Assembly: GCA_002269645.1 (NCBI GenBank)
Contig: NIVC01000449.1
Location: 248,001-312,000, forward strand
DNA: 64,000 nucleotides
Direction of reading: 5' to 3'
DNA from: Macrostomum lignano
Taxonomy: Eukaryota
Of this stretch, positions 61,340-64,000 are shown piece by piece. The notes below the pieces were generated by a model. That model did no database searches and was not told where the DNA came from. It worked only from the letters and a program-made list of their open reading frames with translations. Positions within the stretch are counted from its first letter, which is position 1; every line of letters starts with the position of its first letter. Made by a program: the position numbers and the translations under genes.

Positions 61340-61810
61340 AGTTAAGTCTCAGTTTAAGATCCCATTTTAGTCCCAGTTTAAGATCCCATTTTAGTCTGAT
61401 CAGTTTAAGATCCCATTTTAGTCCCAGTTTAAAATCCCATTTTAGTCTCAGTTTAAGATCCCATTTTTAGTCCCAGTTTAAGATCCCATTTTAGTCCCAG
61501 TTAAAGATCCCATTTTAGTCTGATCAGTTTAAGATCCCATTTTAGTCTCAGTTTAAGATCCCATTTTAATCCCACTTTAAGATCCCGTTTTAGTCCCACT
61601 GTAAGATCCCATTTTAATCCCACTGTAAGATCCCGTTTTAGTCCCACTGTAAGATCCCATTTTAATCCCACTGTAAGATCCCATTTTAGTCCCACTGTAA
61701 GATCCCATTTTAGTCCCACTGTAAGATCCCATTTTAGTCTCACTGCAATTGATCCCATTTTAATTCCACTTTAAAATCCCATTTTAGTCCCACCATATAA
61801 GATCCCATTT
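61340..61810. repeat. 24-bp minisatellite (CCCATTTTAGTCCCACTGTAAGAT)n
   Basis: About 19 units, immediately 3' of the GABA receptor stop codon. Confidence 0.93.
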
Positions 61811-61885
61811 AGGCGTCTTACCATATGCATAGCATGGCATTATTTCATAATTCAAAAGTCTAGTAGTACAAGTACATGCAGTAAG

Positions 61886-62512
61886 TCAGCCAGTCAGCAA
61901 GTAGAAGCACCAGTAGCACAAATTGAAAAGTACAAACAGTGACGGAAAAGCCAGCCTCGAATACTTGTCAATCTTGTTCACATCCTTGATCCTTGGTATT
62001 TGATTGCGAATATGTTTGGCCCTCTGTCGAATGTTGCTCATTAGACGGTAGCGTCGTTTTGCCTGCTGGTAGCTGGAGCAGTGATGGCTTTGTGAGTTCA
62101 AGCTGTACATCTGTGCCTGCTGCTGGTGCAGGTGATTGCCAGCTGACGATTGGTGATGACGCCTGTGACGCAGCTGGGACCGGAATCCGTGATGGTGATA
62201 ACTGCTTCCGAACAGGTAACTGGGCCGGCTGATATACGGCAGGTGGGGACTCATTGGTGGGTACATGGGGATTGCTGGCGGCTGTCTGGGGTACACCTGA
62301 GCGGGCGGGTCGGCTGCAGATTCAACTCCGTTATCGTCTGAAGAATGTCCCGTTGGCTCGCCGTCAGAAGCGTTTGCTGATGCTGCTGCTCCAGATTCTA
62401 CTGCTGAAGTATCATTGAGCTGCTGCTGCCGCAGACCACTCGCTCGAATCCCAATAATGGGAGAAAGTCGGTGCTGAGGCGGTGCTGCTCGGTCGAAATT
62501 GCCAGCGAAGTA
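61886..62512 (-). CDS. Last exon of a Cys-loop anion channel subunit, GABA-A receptor beta/LCCH3-like (M3-M4 loop and M4)
   Basis: Acceptor CCGCAG|TAC; C-terminus RQRAKHIRNQIPRIKDVNKIDKYSRLAFPSLFVLFNLCYWCFY matches beta-type M4 (PKIKDVN.IDKYSR). Upstream exons lie outside the window. Confidence 0.85.
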   Translation of the reverse strand, partial: YFAGNFDRAAPPQHRLSPIIGIRASGLRQQQLNDTSAVESGAAASANASDGEPTGHSSDDNGVESAADPPAQVYPRQPPAIPMYPPMSPHLPYISRPSYLFGSSYHHHGFRSQLRHRRHHQSSAGNHLHQQQAQMYSLNSQSHHCSSYQQAKRRYRLMSNIRQRAKHIRNQIPRIKDVNKIDKYSRLAFPSLFVLFNLCYWCFYLLTG

Positions 62513-62545
62513 CTGCGGTGAGGTGTGATACAGGCAGGTCAAAAT

Positions 62546-64000
62546 CATCAGTGACTGTTATCAGTGACTGCTATCAGTGACTGCTATCAGTGACTGTTAT
62601 CAGTCACTGTTATCAGTGACTGTTATCAGTGACTGCTATCAGTGACTGTTATCAATGACTGCTATCAGTGACTGTTATCAATGACTGCTATCAATGACTG
62701 CTATCAGTGACTGTTATCAATGACTGTTATCAATGACTGCTATCAGTGACTGTTATCAGTGACTGCTATCAGTGACTGTTATCAATGACTGTTATCAGTG
62801 ACTGTTATCAGTGACTGCTATCAGTGACTGTTATCAGTGACTGTTATCAGTGACTGTTATCAGTGACTGCTATCAGTGACTGTTATCAGTGACTGTTATC
62901 AGTGACTGTTATCAATGACTGTTATCAGTGACTGTTATCAATGACTGTTATCAATGACTGTTATCAATGACTGCTATCAATGACTGTTATCAGTGACTGC
63001 TATCAGTGACTGTTATCAATGACTGCTATCAGTGACTGTTATCAATGACTGCTATCAGTGACTGTTATCAATGACTGCTATCAATGACTGCTATCAGTGA
63101 CTGTTATCAATGACTGTTATCAATGACTGTTATCAATGACTGTTATCAGTGACTGTTATCAGTGACTGTTATCAGTGACTGTTATCAGTGACTGTTATCA
63201 GTGACTGCTATCAGTGACTGTTATCAGTGACTGTTATCAGTGACTGTTATCAGTGACTGCTATCAGTGACTGTTATCAATGACTGCTATCAGTGACTGTT
63301 ATCAATGACTGTTATCAATGACTGTTATCAATGACTGTTATCAATGACTGTTATCAATGACTGTTATCAATGACTGTTATCAATGACTGTTATCAATGAC
63401 TGTTATCAGTGACTGTTATCAATGACTGTTATCAGTGACTGTTATCAGTGACTGTTATCAGTGACTGTTATCAGTGACTGTTATCAGTGACTGCTATCAG
63501 TGACTGTTATCAGTGACTGTTATCAGTGACTGTTATCAGTGACTGCTATCAGTGACTGTTATCAATGACTGCTATCAGTGACTGTTATCAATGACTGTTA
63601 TCAGTGACTGTTATCAGTGACTGTTATCAGTGACTGTTATCAGTGACTGTTATCAGTGACTGCTATCAGTGACTGTTATCAGTGACTGTTATCAGTGACT
63701 GTTATCAGTGACTGTTATCAGTGACTGTTATCAGTGACTGTTATCAGTGACTGTTATCAGTGACTGTTATCAGTGACTGCTATCAGTGACTGTTATCAAT
63801 GACTGCTATCAGTGACTGTTATCAGTGACTGTTATCAGTGACTGTTATCAGTGACTGTTATCAGTGACTGTTATCAGTGACTGTTATCAGTGACTGTTAT
63901 CAGTGACTGTTATCAGTGACTGTTATCAGTGACTGCTATCAGTGACTGTTATCAATGACTGCTATCAGTGACTGTTATCAGTGACTGTTATCAGTGACTG
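62546..64000. repeat. 13-bp minisatellite (ATCAGTGACTGTT)n, intronic, runs off the window
   Basis: More than 110 units with CA/CT variants. Confidence 0.97.

Overview
Eukaryotic (invertebrate) genomic DNA with spliceosomal introns. The minisatellite-filled introns, SINEs and TE mix resemble a flatworm such as Macrostomum lignano (inference, not verified). From 1 to 11.6 kb is a LOA-like non-LTR retrotransposon (ORF1, APE-RT-RNaseH-CCHC). Its RT is split by a young BEL/Pao LTR retrotransposon (256-bp LTRs with 2 mismatches, TSD AGCAC). That element has the most unusual structure in the window: 5'LTR - perfect 18-nt copy of the tRNA-Lys(UUU) 3' end - duplicated 56-nt U5 - native 12-nt PBS. In addition, a U5 hairpin loop is complementary to nt 37-47 of the same tRNA. 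From 13 to 25 kb is a cluster of secreted lectin-like genes (two WSC-PAN paralogs, one PAN-LamG), an ankyrin-kinase pseudogene, two SINE families and an RTE relic. From 29.4 to 40.9 kb is a Neurexin IV/CASPR gene on the minus strand in which nearly every large intron carries a different minisatellite. From 41 to 55 kb is an AT-rich TE graveyard (Sola2-like transposase relic, tandem non-autonomous Helitrons, MITEs). From 55 to 59 kb is Pur-alpha (3 coding exons), and at 61.9-62.5 kb is the last exon of a GABA-A beta-like receptor. Most frameshifts can be repaired by +/-1 in a homopolymer and probably reflect long-read errors. No CRISPR, rRNA or true tRNA genes were found.
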